A DNA stretch of 64,000 nucleotides from a candidate division FCPU426 bacterium (GTDB lineage: Bacteria; Oederibacteriota; Muellerivitia; Muellerivitales; Muellerivitaceae). The translations under genes and the position numbers were made by a program. Shown here one piece after another: positions 38,624 through 47,703 of the stretch. The stretch covers positions 224,001 to 288,000 of the forward strand of contig CAVTWJ010000009.1 of assembly GCA_963738405.1 (NCBI GenBank), written 5' to 3'. The stretch's first letter is position 1, and every line of letters starts with the position of its first letter. The notes below the pieces were generated by a model. The model made no database searches. It was not told the DNA's origin and saw only the letters and a program-made list of their open reading frames with translations.

Positions 38624-39652
38624 ATGATCACCAGCACCATCTATGACGTGGCCGCAAAGGCGGGCGTTTCCATTTCCACCGTTTCCCGCGTGTTAAATAA
38701 CAATCCCAACGTTTTGGACGAGACCCGCCAAAAGGTCTTGAAGGTGATCGCCGAGCTTCAATTCAAGCCCAACCCCATCGCCCGGGGCCTGGTGGTCAAG
38801 CAAACCAACCTTATCGAGGTTTTCTTTTCCTGGGCGGGTTATGAATTCGGATTCAACAGCCCCTGGTACGCGAAGATTTTGGACGGCATCAACCAGGTGG
38901 TCCAAGAAAACCAATACGGCATCCTCATCAACACCATCGCCGGGGTCTTCGACCCCGAGGAAGTTTACCGCCGGGTGTTCCACAACGCGGTGGACGGTGT
39001 TTTGATGGTGTCGCCCTACCTGGAAGAAAAACAAGTGGCCCAAATGATGGAAAACAGGGTTCCGGTGGTCTTAATCGGCTATCGCACTTTAAACCCGCAC
39101 CTGGATTTCGTGGATAGCGACAATATGCAGGCCGCGGGACAGGTGGTGGATCATCTGGTAAAACTGGGGCATAAAAAAATCGCCATCATCACGGGGCAGC
39201 AAAAAACTTCCCGCAACGCTTCGGACCGTCTTTCCGGTTTCAAACTGGTCATGCACCGCCATGGTTTGACCGTCCCGGAAGAATATATACACGAAGGCGA
39301 CTTTATGAGGGAATCGGGGGAAGAAGGCATGACCCGGTTGTTGAGCTTGCCCGATAAACCCACGGCCGTTTTCGCGAGCAATGATTTGATGGCCTTGGGC
39401 GCCATCAAGTCCCTGGAAAAAGCCAAGCTGAAAGTAGGAAAAGACATGGCCCTAGTGGGCTTTGACGATATCACCGAAGCCTCCCTTCCACCGGTTTCGT
39501 TAACCACCGTCCGGCAGGATTACCGCACCATCAGCGTGGAGGCGGCCCGCATTCTCCTGCAGAAAATACAGACCCCGGAACATTGGCGCCCCAAGCAAAT
39601 GCTGATTCCGACCGAGCTTGTGGTAAGAACTTCCTGCGGATCGAAAAAATAG
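38624..39652 (+). CDS. LacI family transcriptional regulator
   Basis: TIYDVAAKAGVSISTVSRVLN, PNPIARGL, AVFASNDLMALG, VGFDD, LTTVRQ. Confidence 0.96.
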   Translation: MITSTIYDVAAKAGVSISTVSRVLNNNPNVLDETRQKVLKVIAELQFKPNPIARGLVVKQTNLIEVFFSWAGYEFGFNSPWYAKILDGINQVVQENQYGILINTIAGVFDPEEVYRRVFHNAVDGVLMVSPYLEEKQVAQMMENRVPVVLIGYRTLNPHLDFVDSDNMQAAGQVVDHLVKLGHKKIAIITGQQKTSRNASDRLSGFKLVMHRHGLTVPEEYIHEGDFMRESGEEGMTRLLSLPDKPTAVFASNDLMALGAIKSLEKAKLKVGKDMALVGFDDITEASLPPVSLTTVRQDYRTISVEAARILLQKIQTPEHWRPKQMLIPTELVVRTSCGSKK

Positions 39653-39761
39653 GCTTTTACCCCGGGAAGCCCCGCAAGACACGAAGATTGCGGGCCCTCA
39701 GGGAGGCTGTTACAATGCGACGGTTGCGCCCAATCCCGTCTAATCCATCTGAGGAAACAAT

Positions 39762-40544
39762 ATGAGACTTTTCTTGCAATTCCTGATCGTCGTCCTAGTT
39801 TTAGCCCTCATTTATTTCGTGGCGCAGGGACTGGGCTTGACCAAGGGTTTCAACAAGAAAAAGGAATCCAAGCGGATTATGGTCATCAACGACTTTGAGG
39901 ACCCGGACATGGACCTGGATTGGGGCACCGGCGGTTACGTGAAAATGGAAAGCTCCACCGAAAACCTGACCCACGGCAAACGCTCGGCCATGGCGACCTT
40001 CCTTCTGGAAGGACAGTTTTACCCCACCCCGACCCCAGGCCCGAACGCGCCGCCCACGGCCACTCCCGCGCCGCCGACCCCCACGCCCAACCCGAAGGTG
40101 AAGATTGTTCCCACCTCCGTACCCAGGGGCAAGGTCAGCCCGACGCCGGTCATTGACACCACCCAGATGACGCCCCCCCCGATTTCGTCCTGGCAGCCCA
40201 CCCTGGCCCTGGACACCGATTCGCCGACCCCATTGAAGGTTTACGACTGGTCCGATTACGACACCCTGAACCTGGACGTCTTTAACCCCCAGGGTCAGCC
40301 CATCACCTGGCACATCAAGGTGGCGGATTCCAAATCCTTCACCCACGAGTCCTGGGGCGTGATGGAACCCAAGAAGGTCGCCAATTTGGCCGTGACCTTC
40401 ACTGACTTCACAAACGAAAGGCTGGATTTGACCAACATGCGCTCCATCCAATTTTGGGTGGATACGACGGGGATGACCCAGGCTCCGGTGGTTTACCTGG
40501 ATTACCTCAGGCTCGAAGGGGCCTTGACCCCCAAGAAAAAATAA
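39762..40544 (+). CDS. Membrane-anchored CBM-like (galactose-binding fold) protein with Pro/Thr insertion
   Basis: N-terminal TM, INDFE, DWSDYDTL.LDV, DLTNMRSIQF, VYLDYLRL. Confidence 0.65.
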   Translation: MRLFLQFLIVVLVLALIYFVAQGLGLTKGFNKKKESKRIMVINDFEDPDMDLDWGTGGYVKMESSTENLTHGKRSAMATFLLEGQFYPTPTPGPNAPPTATPAPPTPTPNPKVKIVPTSVPRGKVSPTPVIDTTQMTPPPISSWQPTLALDTDSPTPLKVYDWSDYDTLNLDVFNPQGQPITWHIKVADSKSFTHESWGVMEPKKVANLAVTFTDFTNERLDLTNMRSIQFWVDTTGMTQAPVVYLDYLRLEGALTPKKK

Positions 40545-40562
40545 ATCGCTTCTTTCAAAAAC

Positions 40563-40599
40563 AAAAAAGGGTTCAGGCTTTAGCCTGAACCCTTTTTTT
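40563..40599. terminator. Bidirectional terminator between convergent genes
   Basis: AAAAAAGGGTTCAGGCT-TT-AGCCTGAACCCTTTTTT. Confidence 0.92.
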
Positions 40600-40622
40600 A
40601 TAGTTGAGCTTGGGAGTGTGTT

Positions 40623-42098
40623 CTATAAGAAGACCGTTCCTGAAATTTCCATGCCGTCCAATATTCCCCCATTGGCCGAATTCTGCAGGTCCGTCTGTTC
40701 CCCCACCCAAAGTCTCAAATCACAGGCCCAATTGGTATCCTCCCAGCCTAAGCCTGTGTTCAATGTCACGAGAAGGTCTTGAAAGTTCGAGACCTGGAAA
40801 TATTGGTCATCCTCGGCGGTCAGGCCAAGCCGGTAAGCCAGATGTTCATTCAGCCACCTTTCCCCCCCGAGGGTGAATTGGAAATAGTTGAAGTCGGTCG
40901 AGATGGTGGTGACCGCGGCGGCGATGGCCGAATGGTCCAGGGTGTAATTCAGGCTCGAAAACTGGATTCCCAGGGTGTAATCGTGGATGGCTTCCACGCC
41001 CACCCCCAAATTCGTCAAGACCTGTTGGCGGTTGATGTTGTCGGTGACGTTGAGGCCCGTGCCAATATCGTCGGTGTTGTTGAAAAAGGAGGAAATGAAC
41101 CCGCCGATTTTAAGGTTTTCACGTCCCGAGAGGGGAAAGGACAAGCGGAAACTGCCCGTGGCATTCATGGATTGGTATTGAGAAGAATGAAAAGAGTTGA
41201 CGTTGGGGTAATCGGTGTTGGTTTGGGAAACGGTCCTCGCGAAATTGGTGTCGTCATAGATCATGAAGTAACTGAAGCGCAGGATCATCTGGTGGGGAAC
41301 CTCGTATCTGAGTTCGGGCCCGAAAAAGTAATAATCCGAAAGGGTATTGTTTTGCTGAAAGCTAAAGGGCCCGCCGCCTGGAAAAACCAAGCTGGTATTG
41401 AGGATGTTGGTCCCGCCCGCGACCTGGGCCTCAAATACCCCTCCAGCCTGCCAAAAGGCATCGTGGGGCCCCCGCTTTTCGGGGAAGGTCGAAAGCAATC
41501 CGGCCCTGATGAAGGTTTGGTTGAGAGCGCTGGAGCCCGATTGGAGCGAATAGGGATTGCCCGTGATCTTTCCATATTGATAGACACCCTGGTCAAAGGC
41601 GTTGTCCGATTCCATGTTGCGGATTTCCAACCCTAGGGCCAAGGGCCCGAGGCTGACCGCCCCCCGCAGGAGGCCCCGGTATTGGGAAGCGGTGAAACTA
41701 TCGAGAAAATTGTTCCCCGTTTGGCCCGTCTGGGAAAGAAAATCCCCGCCCGCCTGGAAGGCCAAGCCGGGTGAGGGAAAGGCCATTAGCCCTGAGTAGT
41801 GGATATCGTTTTCATTGGCCAGCCAGGGGATGGAACCGGTCGTTTGCTGGAAGGAGCCGGGCTGAACCGGCTGGCTGTTTTGCTGTACCCACTGGAAGGC
41901 CGCATCCAAGCGGTCATGGGTGTCCAATAGGACAAGGCCGGCCGGGTTGCCGTCCATGAAAAAGCTCAAGTCGGTGGTTTCGTCCGTCAGGATAGTCGAC
42001 AGGCCGCCGGTGGCTTGAACGCGGGTTTCGGAGGGAAAACAGGGCTGGGTCAGGGCTGACAAAATCAATATTCCCGCAAACCCAAAAAGCCTTTTCAC
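40623..42098 (-). CDS. Putative outer-membrane beta-barrel protein
   Basis: GTG 42098 after GGAGGG RBS, signal peptide, GNPAGL, alternating strands, C-terminal GTVFL. Confidence 0.7.
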   Translation of the reverse strand: MKRLFGFAGILILSALTQPCFPSETRVQATGGLSTILTDETTDLSFFMDGNPAGLVLLDTHDRLDAAFQWVQQNSQPVQPGSFQQTTGSIPWLANENDIHYSGLMAFPSPGLAFQAGGDFLSQTGQTGNNFLDSFTASQYRGLLRGAVSLGPLALGLEIRNMESDNAFDQGVYQYGKITGNPYSLQSGSSALNQTFIRAGLLSTFPEKRGPHDAFWQAGGVFEAQVAGGTNILNTSLVFPGGGPFSFQQNNTLSDYYFFGPELRYEVPHQMILRFSYFMIYDDTNFARTVSQTNTDYPNVNSFHSSQYQSMNATGSFRLSFPLSGRENLKIGGFISSFFNNTDDIGTGLNVTDNINRQQVLTNLGVGVEAIHDYTLGIQFSSLNYTLDHSAIAAAVTTISTDFNYFQFTLGGERWLNEHLAYRLGLTAEDDQYFQVSNFQDLLVTLNTGLGWEDTNWACDLRLWVGEQTDLQNSANGGILDGMEISGTVFL

Positions 42099-42230
42099 AA
42101 TACCCTCCACGGCGGGTTTCCCCGCCTCCGTTAGATAGCTTCCAAAACTCCTCAAGTGCCCCCTGGGCGGGTAAAGTATATCCTTGGAAGAGGGCAGGTT
42201 GGGATACGTTTTGGCGTTGAAATACATTAA

Positions 42231-42374
42231 CAGGGCGCTAAAAAGTGTTTTCAGCGCCCTGTCGACAGCCATGGGTTTGAACGAGCCACAAAAAAAAGGT
42301 TTTTATATTCGTGGCTCGTTCCTAAGTATGAAAAAGTCCAAAAAGTCTAATCTGTGGACTTTTTCAACAACCTG
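42231..42374. mobile_element. Putative MITE with imperfect TIRs and TTAA flanks
   Basis: TTAA|CAGGGCGCTAAAAAGT ... ACTTTTTCAACAACCTG|TTAA; three internal hairpins; no transposase. Confidence 0.55.
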
Positions 42375-42519
42375 TTAAAATACTCCTGTCACGGGGTGAA
42401 AGTTTTTAAGTTTGCGGCACTTCACCAAACTTTTCGAGAGGGCGGGTTGAAAAAAATCCAAAGGATGTTTTCGCCTCAGCTCTTTTCTCTTTTGTCCAAT
42501 ACCTCGTCTGAAGGCATGA

Positions 42520-45500
42520 ATGAAAACCAAAGCTGTTAAACCGGTCCGGTTCGGAGACCGGATCGAACTTGAAATTACCTCCCTGGCCTTCGGGGGGGAC
42601 TCGGTAGGGCGGTACCAGGACTTCGCGATTTTTATTCCCGGAGGTCTGCCTGGGGAAAGGGTGACGGCCCAGATCACCCAGGTGAAAGACCAATTCGCCG
42701 TCGGGAAAATCATCGGGTTCACCCGCCGTTCCCCCGACCGGGTGGAGCCGCCCTGCCCCATTTTCGAGGAGTGCGGGGGCTGCCATTGGCAGCACTTTCA
42801 ATATCCCCGTCAGCTTCAGGCCAAGCGGCAGTTCCTGGTCGACTCCCTGGAGCGCATCGGCAAACTCACGAACGTCACGGTCCAACCCTGTCTTCCCTCG
42901 CCCTCTTCCTACCATTACCGCAACAAGGCCATGCCGGTTACTTCCATGCGGGACGGACATTTCGTGGCGGGCATTTTCGAGCCCCGTTCCCACAAGCTGG
43001 TGCCCTACCAAAACTGTCCCATCCAGGCTGACGCCATCAACGAGCTAATCCAACAGGTGTTAAGGAAGATCGACCGCTCCGGCTTGACGCCCTACCAGGA
43101 AAAATCCCACACGGGATTCATGCGGCACCTGGCCGTGCGCAAGGGCGAGAAAACAGGGGAAATCCTTTTGGCCCTGGTCACCCGAACCGAAATTCCCGAA
43201 GAAAGGGTTCAAACGCCCGATGTGTCCTTGGAATCCCTGCCCGAAATTCTTCCCCGTCTGGCAAAGGAACTGATGGCGGAGGTGCCTCACCTGGTGGGTG
43301 TTTTGCAAAACGTCAACCCCTCCAGAACCAACATCGTCTTTGGGTCCACGACCCGCGTCCTGGCGGGCCGGGACCATTACTTCGAAGAGCTCGACCATCT
43401 GAAGCTGAAGGTCTCGCTGCAATCCTTTCTCCAGGTGAACACCCTTCAGGCCGACCTGCTGCACGAGGTGGTGCGGGAGGCCCTAGGGCGCCCGGAAAAC
43501 GGCGGAAAATGGCAGACGGTTCTGGACCTTTACAGCGGTATCGGCACCCTGGCCCTGGCGGTATCCAACGAGTGCGAATATGTGGTGGGCATCGAGGAAG
43601 TGGGCCCCGCGGTGGAGGATGCCAAGGCTAACCTTTTATTAAACCAGCGGGACAACATCGATTTTTTAGAAGGCGACGTCTCGCAGGTCCTGTTGGGATT
43701 GAAAGAAAAGGGGCTGACCCAGGTGGACGCGGTCATCGTGGATCCTCCCCGCAAGGGCGTGCTGCCCGAGGTTTTGGCCCGGGTGGGAGCCTTGCGGCCC
43801 CAGCGGATGGTCTATGTCTCCTGCGATCCTTCCACCCTGGCGAGGGATTTGGCGCTTTTGGCCAAACACGGCTACGAGGCTGAATGGGCGCAGCCACTGG
43901 ATATGTTCCCCCAAACCTACCATGTGGAGACGGTGGTCCGGCTGACCCGCACCGTGCCCAGGGAAACGATCGATGGATATTCCACCGGTGAAAAACTGGA
44001 ACCCTTCCGACTTCCCCGGGAAGCGGACGCCATCCCAAGCACTTCCTTCATCCAGAACAGCGTCAAGTTTTTAGGAAAAGGGATTATGAGCTTAAGCCGG
44101 GCCCTGAGGTCGGGATGGGCCAAGGCGAGTAAAAACATGACCCGGGCGAACCAATGGGCCGGGAAGGTAGTGGAAAAGTTTAATCCTGCGCGCCCCATGG
44201 AAGAACCCGTGAAGTTGATCCAAGAACCCCCATCTCCTCTTCCTGAACCCAAACCCGTTATGGACCATGAGGAGGCCATCCGGCGGTTTTTGTGGGGTTC
44301 TATCCAGGAAGAGCAATTGACCCAGACGGCTCCGCCTCCCGCCATTTCCATAACCCAAGCCCTAGAACCCGATCCCGTTGTGGAGGATTTTTCGGAAACC
44401 GTCCTTGTTAAGTTCGCCACCATTGAGGAAGCCCTGGAATCCGCCATTCAAGATGAGGCGCCCGAACCGGCGCCCGTTTTAACCATCGAACCAGCCGCTG
44501 TTCCTTCGTCAGCGGCGGAAGAACCCAAACCGGCTGTCTCGGAGGATATGTTTTCGAGGATGGTTTTGGATGGAACCCTTGATTCCAACAGGGCCCAAGA
44601 ACCCATTTCTGAAATGGCAGTCCCTGATAAGCCGGTTTTTAAAAGTGAACTGTCTGGGACGAACCTGGAATCGCAATTTTACTTCCCGACCTTCAAGGCC
44701 CTTTACGCCGCGGCCCAATCCTGGTTGCGGGGGGAAGGGGTCATTTGGGCCTTTTCGTCCCGCCGAATTTGGGGCGCCGCGGGAGCCCTTTTCGGGCTCT
44801 TTCTTTTGGTTTTCCTGGCCAAGGCCACCTTGACGCCCCTCGTTTCCCAACCCGCCATTCCCTTGAAAACCCTGTCCCTGGAAATTCCGGATGTGGTGGC
44901 CTTGATGCCCAAGGGAAGTTACTTGCGCTATGAGATGGTCCCTTTCGAGCTCAAGGTCGACTCGATGAACTACAAGCGTTTCCAAGAAAGCCGCGCCTAT
45001 GTGGAAGTCTTGAGAGACGGAAAACCGGTGACGATGGTGGACGGCCAAACCCGGATGGTTTTGGGAAAGGAATCCGAGGGAAGAAAGTTTTTCGGGAACT
45101 GGCCCATTCCCTATAACCCCCCGCCCGGCACCTATTTGGCCCAGGTGACCCTGGTGGATCCCGAAAGATCCAACCCCCGCGTCTTCCAATCGGCCTTCAC
45201 GATTCCGCCCCTCCAGCCTTCCGGACTGGAACCGGGTTACGCGGTCCTGACCATGGAGGGGGGGAAACAACTGATTAAGGGCGCTGTCCCTTCTTTGGAT
45301 GAAAACGGGGCCATGAGCACCGCAAACGCCATCGATTGGGCCAAGTTCATGGGCGCCAATGTTTTTTGCAACTTGGTGGCCGAAACCGCCATTTGGGACC
45401 GGTTTTACCCGGAGGACTTTCCCTTCAATCGGGAAGAAATGGAAAACGGGCGCAAATACTCCAGCGCCGCGCACTCGGCAGGGCTTAAGTACGCGGCCTA

Positions 45501-46707
45501 CATGACCACTTTCAAAGTCGGCGGGGACGGCTGGCAGCAGGCACCCTACGAATTTTCCTTAGGGTATGACCTCAGCACGGATCAGGTGATCCAGACCCGA
45601 TTCATTTCATTGGATGACCCCAAACGGCAGCAGGACATTTTGGATTTCCTCCAGGCCATGAACAAGGACAACACCGTGGATTACGTGGGTTTGGATTACG
45701 TCCGCACGGGTTTCGCGGGTTATGAACTGGTGGATGAGTTCGTGAAAGATCTGACCATGACCCTGCCGGAGGGGTTCGACAAGATGGCCGAGCCCGATCG
45801 CATCCATTGGCTGGCTCGCACTGTGGAGCATAAAGAGGACAAGCAGGTGGTGGCCCTATTCGAGTGGTGGAGGGCCCACAAGGTGGCCACCATCCTGAAA
45901 AAAATATTGGACGAGGCCAAGATGACCAAGCCCGTTTTCACCTTCACCCTGGGCTGGGAAATGGGGCATCAGCACGGACAGGACCCGGCCATGCTGGTGG
46001 ACGCCGGCATCAACTTCAACCACATCATGCTTTATGAGGGGGACCGCAGCACTATCGAGGACATGAAACACCACTGGCCCAATTACCTTTCACGGGAAGG
46101 CGGTATGTACGTTCCAGGCGAGGAGGTCGATTTCAACATGGTCCAGAAAAGCCTGGACCCTCCCGCGCCCGAGGAGCTTTATAACCGGGAGGTGGAAACC
46201 TTCAATCTCTGGTATGGCTTGAACGCCAACCTGGGAATGTTTTGGCACGACCTCTACCGCCTGGTTTGGGGCGTGAGGGGGCCCTATTCCCGAATGGAGT
46301 GGGCGATTTCGGGAGGGAAAGCCTTCACGACCCTCCGGCAGGCCGAGGGACTGCTGCCGGTAGAGGTGAATTTGATCGCGCCTAAGGAAGCTCCGTTGGG
46401 GGTTTCGGTGCCCCTGACAGTGGACATCCATAACCATTCGGACCACATGATCAAAGGGCTTGTCTTGCGCCAGCTGGACGCCACCAAGGATTTTTACAGC
46501 ACCCTCGCCACTGTGGGGCCCTTGGATGTCTCGCCCGGGATGGTCGTGCGGGTGAAAAGTCTTTTTGTGAACCTGCCAAAGGAAGCCCAGCCCGAGAGGG
46601 ACAATCAAAACATGGCGGCCATTTTGTTGGAAACGCCGGATGACTCGATCCACGCTTTTGATTTTGCCTACCTCAAGGGCCAATCGGGACGTAAGTCCAA
46701 ACCCTAG
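42520..46707 (+). CDS. rlmD: RlmD-like 23S rRNA m5U methyltransferase fused via linker and TM to a putative glycoside-hydrolase-like domain
   Basis: TRAM domain, CPIFEECGGC, FLQVN, DLYSGIG, VDPPRKG, YVSCDPSTLARD, DMFPQTYHVE in the first ~475 aa; TM near aa 750-770; DYVGLDYVR in the C-terminal domain. Confidence 0.85.
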   Translation: MKTKAVKPVRFGDRIELEITSLAFGGDSVGRYQDFAIFIPGGLPGERVTAQITQVKDQFAVGKIIGFTRRSPDRVEPPCPIFEECGGCHWQHFQYPRQLQAKRQFLVDSLERIGKLTNVTVQPCLPSPSSYHYRNKAMPVTSMRDGHFVAGIFEPRSHKLVPYQNCPIQADAINELIQQVLRKIDRSGLTPYQEKSHTGFMRHLAVRKGEKTGEILLALVTRTEIPEERVQTPDVSLESLPEILPRLAKELMAEVPHLVGVLQNVNPSRTNIVFGSTTRVLAGRDHYFEELDHLKLKVSLQSFLQVNTLQADLLHEVVREALGRPENGGKWQTVLDLYSGIGTLALAVSNECEYVVGIEEVGPAVEDAKANLLLNQRDNIDFLEGDVSQVLLGLKEKGLTQVDAVIVDPPRKGVLPEVLARVGALRPQRMVYVSCDPSTLARDLALLAKHGYEAEWAQPLDMFPQTYHVETVVRLTRTVPRETIDGYSTGEKLEPFRLPREADAIPSTSFIQNSVKFLGKGIMSLSRALRSGWAKASKNMTRANQWAGKVVEKFNPARPMEEPVKLIQEPPSPLPEPKPVMDHEEAIRRFLWGSIQEEQLTQTAPPPAISITQALEPDPVVEDFSETVLVKFATIEEALESAIQDEAPEPAPVLTIEPAAVPSSAAEEPKPAVSEDMFSRMVLDGTLDSNRAQEPISEMAVPDKPVFKSELSGTNLESQFYFPTFKALYAAAQSWLRGEGVIWAFSSRRIWGAAGALFGLFLLVFLAKATLTPLVSQPAIPLKTLSLEIPDVVALMPKGSYLRYEMVPFELKVDSMNYKRFQESRAYVEVLRDGKPVTMVDGQTRMVLGKESEGRKFFGNWPIPYNPPPGTYLAQVTLVDPERSNPRVFQSAFTIPPLQPSGLEPGYAVLTMEGGKQLIKGAVPSLDENGAMSTANAIDWAKFMGANVFCNLVAETAIWDRFYPEDFPFNREEMENGRKYSSAAHSAGLKYAAYMTTFKVGGDGWQQAPYEFSLGYDLSTDQVIQTRFISLDDPKRQQDILDFLQAMNKDNTVDYVGLDYVRTGFAGYELVDEFVKDLTMTLPEGFDKMAEPDRIHWLARTVEHKEDKQVVALFEWWRAHKVATILKKILDEAKMTKPVFTFTLGWEMGHQHGQDPAMLVDAGINFNHIMLYEGDRSTIEDMKHHWPNYLSREGGMYVPGEEVDFNMVQKSLDPPAPEELYNREVETFNLWYGLNANLGMFWHDLYRLVWGVRGPYSRMEWAISGGKAFTTLRQAEGLLPVEVNLIAPKEAPLGVSVPLTVDIHNHSDHMIKGLVLRQLDATKDFYSTLATVGPLDVSPGMVVRVKSLFVNLPKEAQPERDNQNMAAILLETPDDSIHAFDFAYLKGQSGRKSKP

Positions 46708-46773
46708 CGGATGTACCTAATTTCCCGCCGACCCCTTGATGATGAGGGTCATAGTGGCCAAACCCTTTAAAGT

Positions 46774-46798
46774 TAAAACCCTTCATGAAAGGGTTTTA
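46774..46798. promoter_or_regulatory. Palindrome upstream of the lipoprotein/porin operon
   Basis: TAAAACCCTT-CATGA-AAGGGTTTTA. Confidence 0.5.
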
Positions 46799-46926
46799 CT
46801 GAGATTGGAAAAGTTCAAGCGTTTTAAAAGTTACATGGCTGTTCCTTGAAAAAAAAACTAACGTCCCTCTCGGCCTTTTAGTAAAATACCCCGGCTTTGC
46901 TCCTTTATCCCCCGCACGAGGTTGAT

Positions 46927-47694
46927 ATGTTTTCCCCGAAACTGAACGCCTTGCTGGGGCTCTTTTTGGTTTTTCTCCTGGCCGGATGCGGAGCGGTTTT
47001 CATCAATCCCGGTTCTTCCCAATCCTCCCTGCGCGAGGGCCTTTCCAACCCCGATCTCAACAAGGTAAAGGTCGCCGTTCCCCACGACCAATCCGTGATT
47101 TGCAATTTCGATGATGGCACCAAAAACACCAATTCCAAACTTTATGGGAAATCGGGCGGAACCTGGTTTGATTTTTCCGAAGGGGGCAATGTCCCGAACG
47201 CGGTTTTTATCGTTCCGGGAGGCGCCAACGGCTCCGCCATGGCCGCCCATATTTTCGGCTCCTTGACGGATAAGGGTGATAAGTCCTATCCCGCCTTCTC
47301 GATTCAGGGCAAATTCACCGCCAGCGGCAACTACGACGCCAGCGCCTTTAACGGAATTCAGTTTTATTACAAATGCCCTGCGGACGACCAGGCCGTCAAA
47401 CGCCGTTTTGTCATCGCCACGGTGCCCACCCTGCCCTCTGAAAACGGCGGAACCTGCGTTTCGGACTGCTACAACCATTTTGGGGCCATGATGTCCCAAA
47501 CCAACGATTGGAAACTCTGTTCCTATAAGTTCACCGAATTGACCCGGGAACAGGGGTGGGGTTCTCCCGTAACCCCCCCCGATTTGATCGACCACCTCAA
47601 GGAATTCGTCTATTTAGAATGGGACCAAAGCGGGGACAACAACGCCGGGACCTACGCGATTGATTATTGGGTGGATGAGGTCGAATTTTTCTAA
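46927..47694 (+). CDS. Lipoprotein with CBM11/CIA30-like domain (paralog 1)
   Basis: Lipobox LAGC; ICNFDDG, YDASAFNGIQFY, GGTCVSDCYNHF, YWVDEVEFF. Confidence 0.75.
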   Translation: MFSPKLNALLGLFLVFLLAGCGAVFINPGSSQSSLREGLSNPDLNKVKVAVPHDQSVICNFDDGTKNTNSKLYGKSGGTWFDFSEGGNVPNAVFIVPGGANGSAMAAHIFGSLTDKGDKSYPAFSIQGKFTASGNYDASAFNGIQFYYKCPADDQAVKRRFVIATVPTLPSENGGTCVSDCYNHFGAMMSQTNDWKLCSYKFTELTREQGWGSPVTPPDLIDHLKEFVYLEWDQSGDNNAGTYAIDYWVDEVEFF

Positions 47695-47703
47695 GATCTT
47701 TGA

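Noticed and set aside
42099..42272. N-terminal extension of the minus-strand barrel ORF
   Set aside because: RBS plus GTG at 42098 gives a proper signal peptide; the extension runs into the MITE-like element
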